Origin: Adineta vaga
Lineage: Eukaryota; Animalia; Rotifera
Reading direction: 5' to 3'
NCBI GenBank assembly: GCA_021613535.1
Contig: CP075497.1
Location: 10,850,001-10,914,000, forward strand
Length of the DNA: 64,000 nucleotides
The notes under the pieces are model-generated. The model had not been told where the DNA came from and made no database searches. It was given only the letters and a program-made list of their open reading frames with translations. Shown here in pieces: positions 51,720 to 64,000 of the stretch. The first letter of the stretch is position 1. Each line of letters begins with the position of its first letter. The position numbers were made by a program, and so were the translations under genes.

Positions 51720-52347
51720 AATGAAGAAAAAAAACATATCCGAAAACTATTTTTCCATTTAGTAGGCTCTCTTTTCTTTTTTTTCCTTTCTTTCACATTA
51801 TAGTGTACTTTACACGTTGTGTAGTATTTCATGTGTGTGTGTGTGTATATATTCCGTTCAAGGCATGTTGTCTTGATTGTTATATAAATCCGCTGTTGTT
51901 TCATAGATTCGTTGTTTGTGATCTATAAGGTTTTGTTCTTTTCTTTTGTTGCTATTCAATGCGTACATATGAATAGAAATATATATATATATATACACAG
52001 TTATATTGATTACTCTGAATAGCTTTTTAAAACATCAATCAATGATAGTATGTTGATTCGAATGAAAGAGTCCGAATCTTCATCTTTCATTTGTCAATCA
52101 ATGTTGAGTTTATACAGCAAATAATGAAGATTTGATGAATATCTGTTGTTTTCTTTTTCTTTTTTTTTGGAAAAATATCGACTACCAATCATCTTGTTTA
52201 ACAAATAACAGAAAAATAAAGAAATAAATGTGAAAAAAAACCGGTAGAGAATTATCTGAACTCTCTATTGCTAGTTGTGATATTGTTCACCGAAAGATAA
52301 ATATTCATCGGAGATAGAGATACAAGATGAGTCTTTCTTTTTTTTTG

Positions 52348-53318
52348 TTATTCCATTTGTTCTGTTTGATCAGTATTGTCATTGTCATCTGAAATGTAAG
52401 ATACAACGATTTTATATGAAATTTAAATAATTATTAGAAAATTCAAATAAGTCTAATTAGTCTTCTTTTTTCAAATACCTTGATCACCATGTTCACCGCG
52501 TCTATGTCCACCGAATCGTGTACCACGCGTTCGTTGGTGTGATGATGAAAAATGAGCATTATATCCATATGGATCATCATCATCTTCATGATTTCCATTT
52601 CCATTTTCATTATTATCATCTTCATTACCATAATCAATATCTATACATATTAAATCAAACAATAAAATAACTTTACAAAATAAACTATTATGAATCTTTA
52701 TTTACCAGAACCAACTTCATCGTCTTCAACCATATCATCAAGTGGATCAGGATGAAGTGCTTGACATTCAGCAGTTGCTTGATAAGCTGTTTTCAAATCT
52801 TCTGATGTAGCCATAACAAATCGATAATTAACAGTACGAATACTATCGAATTCAACAGGTGATTCACTTCGACCACTATCACCATCACCATTTTCTTGAT
52901 GATTTGATCCATCTATTTAATAACAATCACTATTCATTTTCTTATTTATTGAAATCAATACACTTACTATTATTCTCATTATCTTCATCTTCTTCATCAT
53001 CTTTTGATTTTTGAACAATAACAACTAGATGTTCTTCGGGATATTTCGGATCATGTGTAACAATTCCATGCATAGTTAATGATGGATAATCAATAGCTAT
53101 ACCTTGTCGTTGAGTATCATCAGATGCAAGTGCCCAAACCAATTGACTAAAATTACAATCAAATGTAATTTTCACAAGAAATTTTCTTGTATTTACCTTT
53201 CAGCAATGCATAAAATTCCTTGACCTAAATAATCATCTTCTAAATATGCTTTCACCGATGAATATTGTTGACGAATATATTCCGTTGGAAGTGTAATATT
53301 GTTTAATTGAGAAGGCAT
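52348..53318 (-). CDS. CLNS1A: Methylosome subunit pICln
   Basis: LPTEYIRQQYSSVKAYLEDDYLGQGILCIAESQLVW..GIAIDYPSLTMHGI..YPEEHL..IYRFV..AYQATAECQALHPDP. Confidence 0.9.
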
Positions 53319-53537
53319 CTACAAAAAAAAGCGAAAGATTCTAGTTTTTGTTTTGTAAAACAACATATTAATACACGGCGGCATAAGAATAAACTACAAT
53401 AAAAAGAAAACAGTGGGAAAAAAAAATATTTATTCGAATTCAAATATTGTCATTCATTCGATGGACGGTTCTCATGTGTCATTATTTATCTGACTGACAC
53501 AACAAAACAAAAAGCAGAGATTAATTTAAATTTGTAT

Positions 53538-56500
53538 TTAATGATAACCATTAGACGATGATGTTGGTGATGTTGGTAAAGCTTTCATTTGTAAATGAGC
53601 TACTTGTTCACGTAAAAGTCCTATTTCTTTTTGTAGCTAAAAGAACAAAAGAAATGGCTTGGAATGGAAACTATATAGGAAAATAAAATAACGAACTCGG
53701 GAATTGACAAGACCCTTATTTTCAATTTCTTTGGTTGATTCAGTTGCTTGAGTGAAGAATGCACGATTTGAATCATTCTAATTCAGGAAATTCTATGTGT
53801 TTATTTCAATTGTGAAAGAGTTTGATAAACTTACTGCTATTCGTTGTCGATCAAGATCTGATTTTAATGATTGATTTTCTAATTGAAGATGATCAACTTT
53901 CTTTTTCATCGCTGCAATGATTTTTTCTAATTCCAATGTCGATCGACCCGATTCTCCAACCTAATTAATATCAATGAATAATCTTTTTGAGAAAAATCAA
54001 AAATAAGCTTATGCAATTTACTCGTCGCATATTTCCACTCGATGTCGATCGAGGACTATCACCATTTCGTAAACTTTCATTTTCTGCTTTTAAAAATGTA
54101 TTAATCTTTTGTAATTCTTCAATACGTATTCGAGATCTAAAGAAAATATATGAAATCAATATTCAATTACGAAATACCGTACTTATTCAATTCATCTCGA
54201 AGTTGTTGATTGAATTTCAGTAATTCTCTTTTATGTGTATCTAAATCAGTAATCTGTTGTTGAAATGATTCGATTGTACGTCGTGTTCTTTCATCCTACA
54301 GTGAATCAATGATTAGTCAAATATTGTGTAATTATGTTGAAAGAAAATTTCATAAGTTCATTTGTATAGATACACTTACTCGAGTTTCATCAAAAGGTCG
54401 TTCGGCTGTTTTCGTTTTTCGAAGTTTATCTTCAAGTAAATGAACTTGACGTCGTAATGAGTCGATTGTATCATCACCCTATAGATTTATTTGATTTAAA
54501 ATCAACAATCTTTCTTTAAATGTAATTTCTTACTTGGCCTTGTTGTAAATGTTGACCACTAATTCGTCGTTGTGCAGTATCCGTCAGAGTTGCATTTTGT
54601 TGTTGAAGTTTCGTTACTTTCTTTTCATTTTGATCTACGATTGATAACGTAATTATCTTTATGAATTGAATAAGTATAAAAAAATAAAACCTAATCTTTG
54701 CCGAGCATCATTTGCTTCATCTAAATATTGTTGCATTAATGCTTTCTGTGCTTTTAATTCTCGTTTTAGATTTTGTATTTGTCCTTCATAATCATCAATC
54801 TTTTCTTGTAATTGTGCAGTTTTATTTGTAATTAAAGCTTGTACAGAAAGATTTTGTTTATCTTCTTCATTCATAGCTTTGAGATTTCCTTCTGCTATTG
54901 ACACCATATTACGACGTATATCTGCTAGAGATTGAACTAGTTTTTGACATTGTTCTTCTTTCGCTGCTAATTGTTCACGTAGACTTAGTCCACTACTTGT
55001 TGAACTCGTTTTTGTTACTTTAGTTGGCGAAGGTTTACGTGGACTATCAAAATCAGTCATAGATTGTCCAGTTTTATTTTGTTGATCTTGAAGTTGAGAA
55101 CGTTGATTTCCAATTTCACGATTTAATTCATCAACAATCCTTTCATAATTTGTTTTCATTCTGAAAATAAGAACATGTTTATAAGGAATCATTGAAGAGT
55201 TTTTTTTTTCATTCTACTTTTCACGATCTTGCTTAAATTGTTCTACTTTTTGTGTTAAACGTCCTTTCCATGTTTCAGCTTCACGACGTGCTTCACGTAA
55301 TTTTTCATTGACATGTGCAATAGTATTATCTTGTACAGCGATATTTTCTTCCATTTCACGTATACGTGCCATCTATATCAAATCATGAAAGTATAGTGAT
55401 AAAGAAGAAGAAGAAGTATTGATAACGAACCTCAGTCGTCGATGATGGTCCATGGAAAAGAGCAGGATTTCCACCTCGTTCAACAAAATCTTTAAAACGC
55501 ATAAAATCTAAATCGCGTTTATTTTGTAATTGTTCATTTAATAATTGAATTTCTTCTTCATGTTGTCGCAATTGTTTATTCAGATCTTCACGAGCTTCTT
55601 TAAGCATTTCTTGATATTTACGAATACTATCTTCTTTTTGTATAATACGAGCCTAGAAACAAATTAATGATTAAGAACAATCCATAAAGATTGTTTTTCA
55701 TTTACTTGAAGACTATCAATAGTTGATTGAGCAGCTCGAACAGTTGATAAACGAGAATAATCATCAGGTCGTGTCATAACATCAGAAATAAGTTTATCCG
55801 AATCCAATATTGTTGTTGTTGGTAAACGAAGACGAAGTTCATGAATAACTTTATCACGAGCTAATACAGCATTTTCCATTTCTCGAATCTTATCATTATG
55901 ATCAGAGGTTTTCTAAAGAACAGTGTACATTTAGTTTAGTGTTCGTATAATATTAACATTGATATATATATATTTTACCTTTTCGACAAGTTGATGTTGT
56001 ATTTTAGCTTCCATTAATAGATGAATATTATCACGAATGATTGTTAATGCTTGTTCTAATTGATGAGAAACAGGTAATGATGGATCAGGATAATGACCAA
56101 TAGCTTCTTCAAACTAAATAGATATTATATTTGAATAGAGAAAAATTAATGAATAGACAATCAATACTCGTTTTGCAGCATTAGCAATATCATTTTGTTG
56201 TTTTTCAAGTTGATCAATCTTTCTTTCCATGTCTAATTCTCGATGTTCCCATATCAATTGTCGTTCTTCAATTTCCTATCAAAACAATTTCTTAAATATT
56301 TATCTAAAGTAAATTTTTTAAACATACTTTCTCAAATTTGACATTTTGTTCTTCAAGTTCAGTCACATTAATTTCCAATTGTTGAACCAATTTACTCAAA
56401 TGTAAATTCTATACAAAGAAATGAATACTTCTCCTGAAGAGAAACTAGATACTCACATCGGTTTCCAAACGTTTATTCAAACGAATATGTCTCAATTCAT

Positions 56501-59500
56501 TTAATTTAACTTTTTCTAATTTCTGTTGCCATTCAATCATTTTTTGTACACGTGAATTACTTTGTCCATCTTTTAATGTTGATAATAATTCTTCCAAAGA
56601 TTTATGTTTAAAATCATACGAAGCAATTTGTGTTTCGAGATCAAATTTTTGATCAGCTAATTTCTTCATATCGAAATCTAATTGTTTTTTACCATTACGT
56701 AAATCAATCATTGTCTTTGCATATGCTTCTTGAACACGTAATGGAAGTGCGCCGGCATATTTATGACGATAATCCTATAGAATGAAGAATTGGTAATAGA
56801 TCTTCGAATAAAATGAAGTCTTACTTGTAAAGCAGTTCGTAAATATCGAATACGTTGTGTATATTCTTGTCGAATGAAGAATAAACTTTGTTCTTTTTCA
56901 TCTAATTTTTGTTCGGTTCGAAGAAGTAAAGCTTTTTGTTTAGTTAAATCACTATCTGCTTGTAATTGTTTTCGTTTCGCTGTTGCTTCGCTGATTTGTA
57001 ATGCAAGAATATGACGATGAAGTTTCCCTGAAAGAATCGTTTTCAATGAGTTTTTTTTTCGCATTAATTTATTCGATTTTATTTACCAATTTCAGTTTTA
57101 TCATCAGATTTCGATTGTGAATCAAGTAATTGAAGACGTAGAGATTGAAATTCTTTTTCATCTAAAACTTTCATATCATTAACAGCGCCGACCTGATAAG
57201 TTGCAACTTCCGATATTTCACGTAAACGAGCAATTTCTTGTTTCGATTGAATTTCTATACCTTCCAATTCTGATACTCGTCTAAGAAAATAGAAAGAAAC
57301 AATTGACGAACACATTTTTTTAATAGACACTATACCGTTTATCAGCATCGGAGACTGTTCGTGGTACACTATGTGCAAGATCTTCACGTAATTCACGTTC
57401 AGTTCGTTGCATTTCAAGATTCATTCGAGTTAACTCGCTAAATTTTTTCTCTAATTCAAGATTTCGATCTTCCATTTGTCGAAGTGTAACACGTTGTTGA
57501 TCATAAAGTTTCTGTGCATATTCTGCGCGTTGTCGTTCATTTAATTCTTTCATTTCGAGAACAGTAATTTTACGTGAGAGACTTCCAGGACTATCATCAA
57601 GTAAAGCACCGCTACTGGTTCGACCTGTTGTCGTTGCATAACCTTGAAAATTTTCGAATGAAATATTTTCCGAAATGAGAAAAATATTAATCTTTACCTG
57701 CATCGATTAAACCTTGATTTTTCAAATTTTCCATTGTTTCTTCTAATAAATGCATTTTTTCCTTATCAATTTGTAATTGTCGTCGAATAAATTCCACTTC
57801 ATCTGTTAATCGTCGATTTTCCTCCTGAAAAAGAAATTTACTAACTTTTCAACATATTAACATCGATTTACCGTTACAACAGATGATTGTTCCGTTTGTT
57901 GAACATACATATGTTGTTGTTCAAGTAAATCTCGATATTTTTCTACAACATCTTCATATTTTCTATTCAATTTATCTAATTCACTTTGATGTACACTTTC
58001 TTCCACTTGTTTTTGTAAATGTTTTACACGATAAGCAGCTGTATCTTTGAAACGTTGTAAATAATTCAAACGTGTTTGAACAGCAACTTCCATATCAACA
58101 ACTTCTGTACGTAATTTTGTATTGTCCTAGAAAAAAAAAGTGAATCAGTAATTATTCAATGTAGACGACAATGGATTGTTTACTTTTCGTAAACGAGATT
58201 CAATATCTTGATAGGAAAGAATTTTTCTTCCTAAAGTTTTTTCATTAACACGTAAGACAGTAATTTTTCTTGTAATTTCAGCAATACGACGACGAACTTC
58301 GACATCATCTTGTTCTAATGTATTGAGAAGACGCTAAATAGAAAAGAGAAGTTTTTTTTTTGGAAAAGAAGAAGTTTTGAACATGATTTTACGTCAAATT
58401 CTTGAAGTTTAACAAGATTTTTTTCGATTTCCGTTTGTAAATCTCGTTTTGCGTCATTGGTTTGATCACGTTCTGATGTCCATTGTTGTTGTTTTTCATG
58501 AAAATCTTTATAAAGTAAACCAGTTTGATGTTTAATTACATTTAATTTTCGTCGATATTTATCTAATCCTTCTTCTAATTGTTTATTCATTTCACGTTGA
58601 GCTGTAACTTCCTATTTTATTTCAAAATAATTCATCAATATAATCTATCCGATGAAATCAAATACATACAGCTAAAGCATCAACAAGATATTCATTAAGA
58701 CAGGAGATAATATCACGACTTGATGGTGATAAACCATCGGGTAATTTCAAGGATTGAAATGCTAAAGGAACAGCGCCAGCTTCTTCGAATAATTGTAAAT
58801 CACGTTGAAGTTTTTCATTCTAGAGAGAAAATGTATATTTTTCTGAAAAGAACTAAGTTTTAAACAGACTCGTTCGGTAGCTAATTTTAGATTAACATCT
58901 GATTTGGTTTTTTCATGGCGAGCATTGTACAATTCATCACGTAGTTCAGCAATTCGACCGAGTAATTTATCATTTTCACTCTTAGGAACGACTGCATTGT
59001 CATATCGTCCACCGAGTGATTGATTTTCTAGAACTTGAAGCATTTTTTCTAATGATGGACATTGTAAAATATAAGATGATGATGGATCATTTGAAGAAGA
59101 TTTCTGAAAACGTTTTTGTTTTAATTGTTGATCAATTTCTTTTAAACCTTGTTCAAGACCATGAATTTCAGTAATCAAAGCACGATTTTCATTAGTTTTT
59201 TCAATAAGTTCACGACGAAGTTGATCAATATTTGTATCAAATGCTTTCATTTGTTGATCATAATCATTCCGTGCAATACGAATAGCATCATCTGTTGTTG
59301 GAATGGATGGTCGACCAATACCACTATCATCAATCCATACAGAATCACCAGCTAAACCTAATTCACTTGCTCGTATGCCTGCTTGACGAGCTAATTGTCG
59401 GCAATTTTGTTTTAATTTTAATCGTTCTTCTTCCAAACGTTCGATCTATAAGAGGAAAAAGTCTTTGATAGTTAAAGGTCAATACTTTTTATTTCGCTTA

Positions 59501-61556
59501 CTTCTTTTTGTAATACTTGTACAACAGCTTGATTGGCTTCTGTACGTGTCATTCGTGCTGATTTGAGTTGTTCAACTGACATAGGTGTTCGTGGATCCAT
59601 ACCTAATTTGGCTCGTAATTCTTCATTTTCATCCGTCACTTCATTCACAGTTAATTCGTTTCGCGATGCAAATTGAGCTAAATCTTCCATTTGTCGATCT
59701 TTTAATTTATTTTGTTCTTTTAATTGACGAATTTCTTGTACAGCATCACGTAATTCATAATTTTTATCCAAAAATCCTTGTAATTGTTTATCAAGTTCAT
59801 GTAAACGAACATCACGTTCACTTAATTCTTTTTCATATTCATTTAATTGTTTTCTTAATCGATTAATTTCATATGTATTCGAACGATTTGCCGTAGAAGT
59901 TGGATCGGCAGGTGCTTTGATTAGAGAGAAAGAAAAAATGAATCATTTTATTTCTATGTGTAGACGGTGGTGTATATTTACTTGTATAATCAGTTCGCAT
60001 ACGATCAAGTGCATCAGTTTGTTTGATTAAATCACTAGTTGCTTCTTCGACTTTCTTTTTCAATAAAATGATTTGTTGATCTTTTTCTGCTAATACCTAA
60101 AATGATTGCATATTTTTTGATCAATGATAAGAATATGTTTGTTGATTTGATTTACTTTATTTAACGTAGCAATATCGGTTTTTTGACCATCAAATTGATG
60201 CATTTGTAATTGATCATGTAAATCGATGATTTTTCGTTTAAGATCATCAATTTCATCATCTTTTGCTTTGAAAATATCCTTAAAAGAAACATTTATATTT
60301 ATAAAATAGATGAATTCAAACAAACGAAACTTACTTTCCATTGCTTAACTCGATCTTCAACAAGTCGCATGATAACATCATCATCATCCATCGAATTCGA
60401 TGGCATTTGATCTTTCATTAGATTCAATTCATTTTTCATTTGAAGATTTTCTTGATCTTTTTCATTGAGAAAACCCTAGAAAAACATTACTCATTTCAAA
60501 AGATTCAAAAACTTTTCAATATACTTTTAGTTTTGAAAGTTCATTTGACAACTCATTAATATGACGTGTTGCATCTGTTAATTCATGTTGTAATGCAGCA
60601 GTTTTTGATTGTAATTTTTGATAATCATCAAACAATTGCTAGAAGAAAACTTTCTTCATAATAAATCAAAGTCAATCATTATTTTAACTTACATTATTTT
60701 CATCTAATACATTATTAAGTTCTTTTTCCATCGCACGTACACGTGATGTTCGTTCACCATCATCATCTCGTATTCGATTTGTATCACGTAATTCTGATAT
60801 ACGTTTACTTAAATCTTCAGATAATTTTTTCAATGCATCTTTCTAGAAAATTAATTTCATTCATTTTCGATGAATTATGTTTCGAATTTTTACAAACTTC
60901 ATTTTGTAATTCGCGAACTTTAGCTTCACATTTTTTCAATTCATCGCGTACTTGTCCAGCTTCACCTAATTCATTTTCATATGACGTTCGATATTGATCT
61001 CGTTCGGATTGTAGACGAGCAATTTCATTGGATAAATATGAATTTGCCTGAAAAAAACACAAAAGATATTCTCTGTTCATAGAGACTATTGAATAAAATA
61101 ATCATTTACATCTTTTGCATTTGCAAATGTTTTGCCTTTTAATGCTTCATCTAATTGAAAAGAAAAAAACTAAATGAATATTAATCAAATCATCAATCTT
61201 ACTCTCTTTTGCAACAGCAACTAATTGCTCAAAAGTTCCTTCTTTTTGAGCACGAAAAAACTAAAATAAAACCTTCTGTTTTTTCTCTTTTCTTTATTTA
61301 AAAAAGCTTCTTTACTTTTGCAAATTGTTGTCCAAGTTGAAATGCATGACGTAAATCTTGTTCACTTTCAACTTCATTTACTTTTAACTATTACAGAAGA
61401 AAGTTTTCAAGACAAAATATATTTCCTTTCAAATCTTACTTTAATAAAATCATCACCTAATTTTTCATTTTCATCATCAGCTGTATCATTCTCAATATCG
61501 ATATCACTTGGTTGAACTCGTAATAAACGTTGCCAATTTGGAGACGGTGGAGCCAT
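53538..61556 (-). CDS. CEP290: Centrosomal/transition-zone protein CEP290, many exons
   Basis: N-terminus MAPPSPNWQRLLRVQP; conserved blocks YELRDAVQEIRQLK, IERLEEERLKLKQ, RRIAEITRKITVLRVNEKTLGRK, LSRKITVLEMKELNERQRAEYA, SDDKTEIGKLHRHILALQISEATA, ARDKVIHELRLRLP. Confidence 0.93.
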
Positions 61557-61598
61557 ACTACAATCTACAAAGTATGAAAAAAACTTTACGAAGTTATA

Positions 61599-63348
61599 TT
61601 ATTGCTCTAAATTTAATAAAGTAGATTTCATATTCAATACAAGAAAAGGACTATCATTAACAAATTTTTGTTTCCATTCTTTGAATATATACAAAAAATT
61701 AAATTTCGAAAATAGTCGACGATTTTCTGTTAATTCCGAAAGTTTTTCAAATAAAATTCCTAATTTTTCCATTGTTTTCAAATCGAATGTTGGTGTGAGT
61801 GGAAGATGTATATTGCTTGAATTTGTCGATGAAACAAGACCATCATTACATTGTTGAGTTAATTGTGAAAATAATTGAAACCATGTTTCATTACTTAATT
61901 GTTTTAAAAATGGCCGAAGTGATTTGGAATCAGTACAAAGAAGTAAAAGAAGATCGATTGTATCAAAGATTACTAAAACAAACAAGTTTATTTTTAAAAA
62001 AAAGCCAAATGTTTGATATACGTACATCGTTTATGGTGTGATGGAGGTTTAAGCCATCGATACAATGCAATAATACCATAATTTGTAACAAACAAATCGA
62101 TAAATGCTTTGGAATTCAAATCCAATCGAAGTTGATTATAACTTGCAATGAGATCAATTATTTTATTACATGTTAATAGAACAATTAAACAAGCATAAAG
62201 TCGAATTAATGGTTCATTATCATCAAAAAGATGTGGACGATCCTTTAATAATCGAAAAGATCGATGTTCTTAATCAATAAATTTATCTTTTTTAAACTTA
62301 CTTGATTTTTTTCACATTTAAGTATTTGTTCACATAATCGTCGATACGAACAAGAATAAAGATGTCGTGTTTGTCCGCTTGTTGTTGGACATTCAATTGT
62401 TATCAGTGAATAATAGACTAATTTTAAATATGAAATTATTAAATTCGAATGATTTTTATTTAAACAATAATTTGATTGATCAGCAAGAATAGTTAATAAT
62501 TTTGAATATCGTTCTAATGTGTCCGATGATATTGAAGGTGATATTGGCCATTCGGATAAAGCTGCTTGAGATATATCAGATAACCAATTGAATAGAAAGA
62601 TTAAAGAATCTGTAGAAGCAATTGTTGGTATTTTTGAATTAGTTGTTGTCACTAAATAGAAAGATAGAGAGGATTTTTGTTTGATGAAAGGTTATTTACC
62701 AAAGGTTGATTGTTCATTGGATTGATCGATGATGGATGTAGATTTAGTAGGTTCATCGGTTTGATTTATGGGAAGTTTTTTATGAGATTCGATTGTTTTT
62801 TCTAATTCTTTGATTTTCTGTTCAGAAATTTGATTTAATCTTAATAAATTTTCTGCACGTTTTTCTGTTTGTTTACTTTTTTCAATTAATTTTTCATTTG
62901 TTTCACGTAATTCATTGAAATTCCGTTTTAATTCACAATTTTGTTCACGTAAAACTTGTAAATTTTCATTTGTTCGTTTCAAATCTTTTGTCGCGACATT
63001 TAATTTTTCTTTATAACTATTCAATTCGGTATCAAATTTTTCTTTATGAGCTTGCCAACCATGTTCAATTGTTTCACGCATACGTTGTTCCCATTGATTT
63101 AATAGATCCGATTTTTTCTTCAAACGTTCGTTTTCTTCTGATAAACGTTGACGAATCGATAGAAGTTCACTATAAACAGCTTGAACGTTCGTTGAAGAAT
63201 ATCGTATGGATGCTAATGTTGTATCAATATCCGCATCGGCATTATCTGCTGCTGAACTATTGAGAGTTTTAATTTCATCATCAGATGATTGTTCATCACC
63301 GGAATGTAATGAAGAGAGAATAGTTTGATTTAAATCCACACAATTCAT
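61599..63348 (-). CDS. CCDC138: Coiled-coil domain-containing protein 138 homolog
   Basis: VQAVYSELLSIRQRL coiled coil, SGQTRHLYSCSYRRLCEQI, LEKL-like MEKLGILFEKLSELTENRRLFSKF and C-terminal FLVLNMKSTLLNL resemble CCDC138. Confidence 0.8.
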
Positions 63349-63397
63349 CTTTTCTTTGATTCTGATTGATGAGAAGAGATTGACGAAGAATTCTTGT

Positions 63398-63411
63398 GTC
63401 GATATGGTAAC
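63398..63411 (-). promoter_or_regulatory. Candidate RFX X-box 50 nt upstream of CCDC138
   Basis: The minus strand reads GTTACCATATCGAC, with a perfect GTTACC half-site and AT spacer. Confidence 0.6.
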
Positions 63412-64000
63412 GACATGGATTGGATTTCGTTGAATATGGATGGTGTATTTTAAATCCAATCATAACGAATAAAATATTCTTTTTTTCTTATTAGAAAATC
63501 TTTTTTCCGAATATAAAAGATTATTTTCATAATCTGAAGAAATTTTTGTCATCGATTTGGCAAGTCCATTTTTCAATGGGTAAAACATGGATTATATAGT
63601 TGTTTATTTATGATTTTTTTCTCGATTGTAATTACACCTTATTTTTTGAGAAAAAGTAGGTAGAAAAAGACTTTTTAACTTTTTTTTATTCCTGAATTCA
63701 CAGATTTCTATATGGCGAATCATTTTCAATGTACAGATAACTATTGGTAGACAATATTTCATCATATGAAGTTCATGAATATCATTAATCAAAAAGGTCG
63801 ATCTTTTTCTTCGCTATACTGTATTCGTTTTGGCTATTAAATATCAATCATTTTGTATATAAAATACCTGAACTTCGTGTTTTTTTTGTACTTCGCCGTT
63901 TCGAGATTTGTAACTTCTTGTTTCATTTAGATCTGATCTCTTAAATGACAATACAATCAATTTCTCATCAAAATTTTTATCTTTATCTCATATGTGTATC

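Noticed and set aside
1-64000. Prokaryotic systems (CRISPR array, defence island, phage)
   Set aside because: Genes are spliceosomal-intron-rich animal orthologs, and no spacer-repeat array was seen.
63420-64000. Possible 3' exons of another minus-strand gene at the window end
   Set aside because: Splice-like signals exist but no consistent reading frame could be assembled; needs flanking sequence.

Overview
AT-rich eukaryotic (animal) genomic DNA, gene-dense, with many ~50-65 nt GT-AG introns. The style (tiny introns, compact intergenic spaces, a rhodopsin-like GPCR of a lineage-expanded type) suggests a bdelloid rotifer; this is inference. About 21 protein genes were assembled by eye: TTLL3/8 glycylase (5'-partial), a secreted orphan, LAPTM4, TMEM161, HENMT1, RRM1, a shortened Nup358/RanBP2-like protein, a secreted acidic protein, RSPH1, a Cys-rich single-pass membrane protein, CCDC42/CFAP73, a PDZRN3/4-related protein, a damaged GPCR, white-like ABCG, an EF-hand protein, AKAP17A, NUDT6, HDAC1/2, an HP1-like protein, CLNS1A, CEP290 and CCDC138. 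Two observations stand out. (1) The gene at 22015-23801 encodes a secreted protein with two alternative, duplicated 3' modules. Each module has a gamma-carboxylase-recognition-like motif (F-x5-A-x3-L), an ExxxExC Gla-type motif and a Ser/Asp-rich tail, making it a candidate invertebrate vitamin K-dependent (Gla) protein. (2) Several co-oriented gene pairs are separated by only 42-43 nt containing a lone splice acceptor (NUDT6>AKAP17A, CCDC138>CEP290), pointing to trans-spliced operons, one of them apparently headed by an RFX X-box. All gene models are manual and homology calls are from memory, not database searches.
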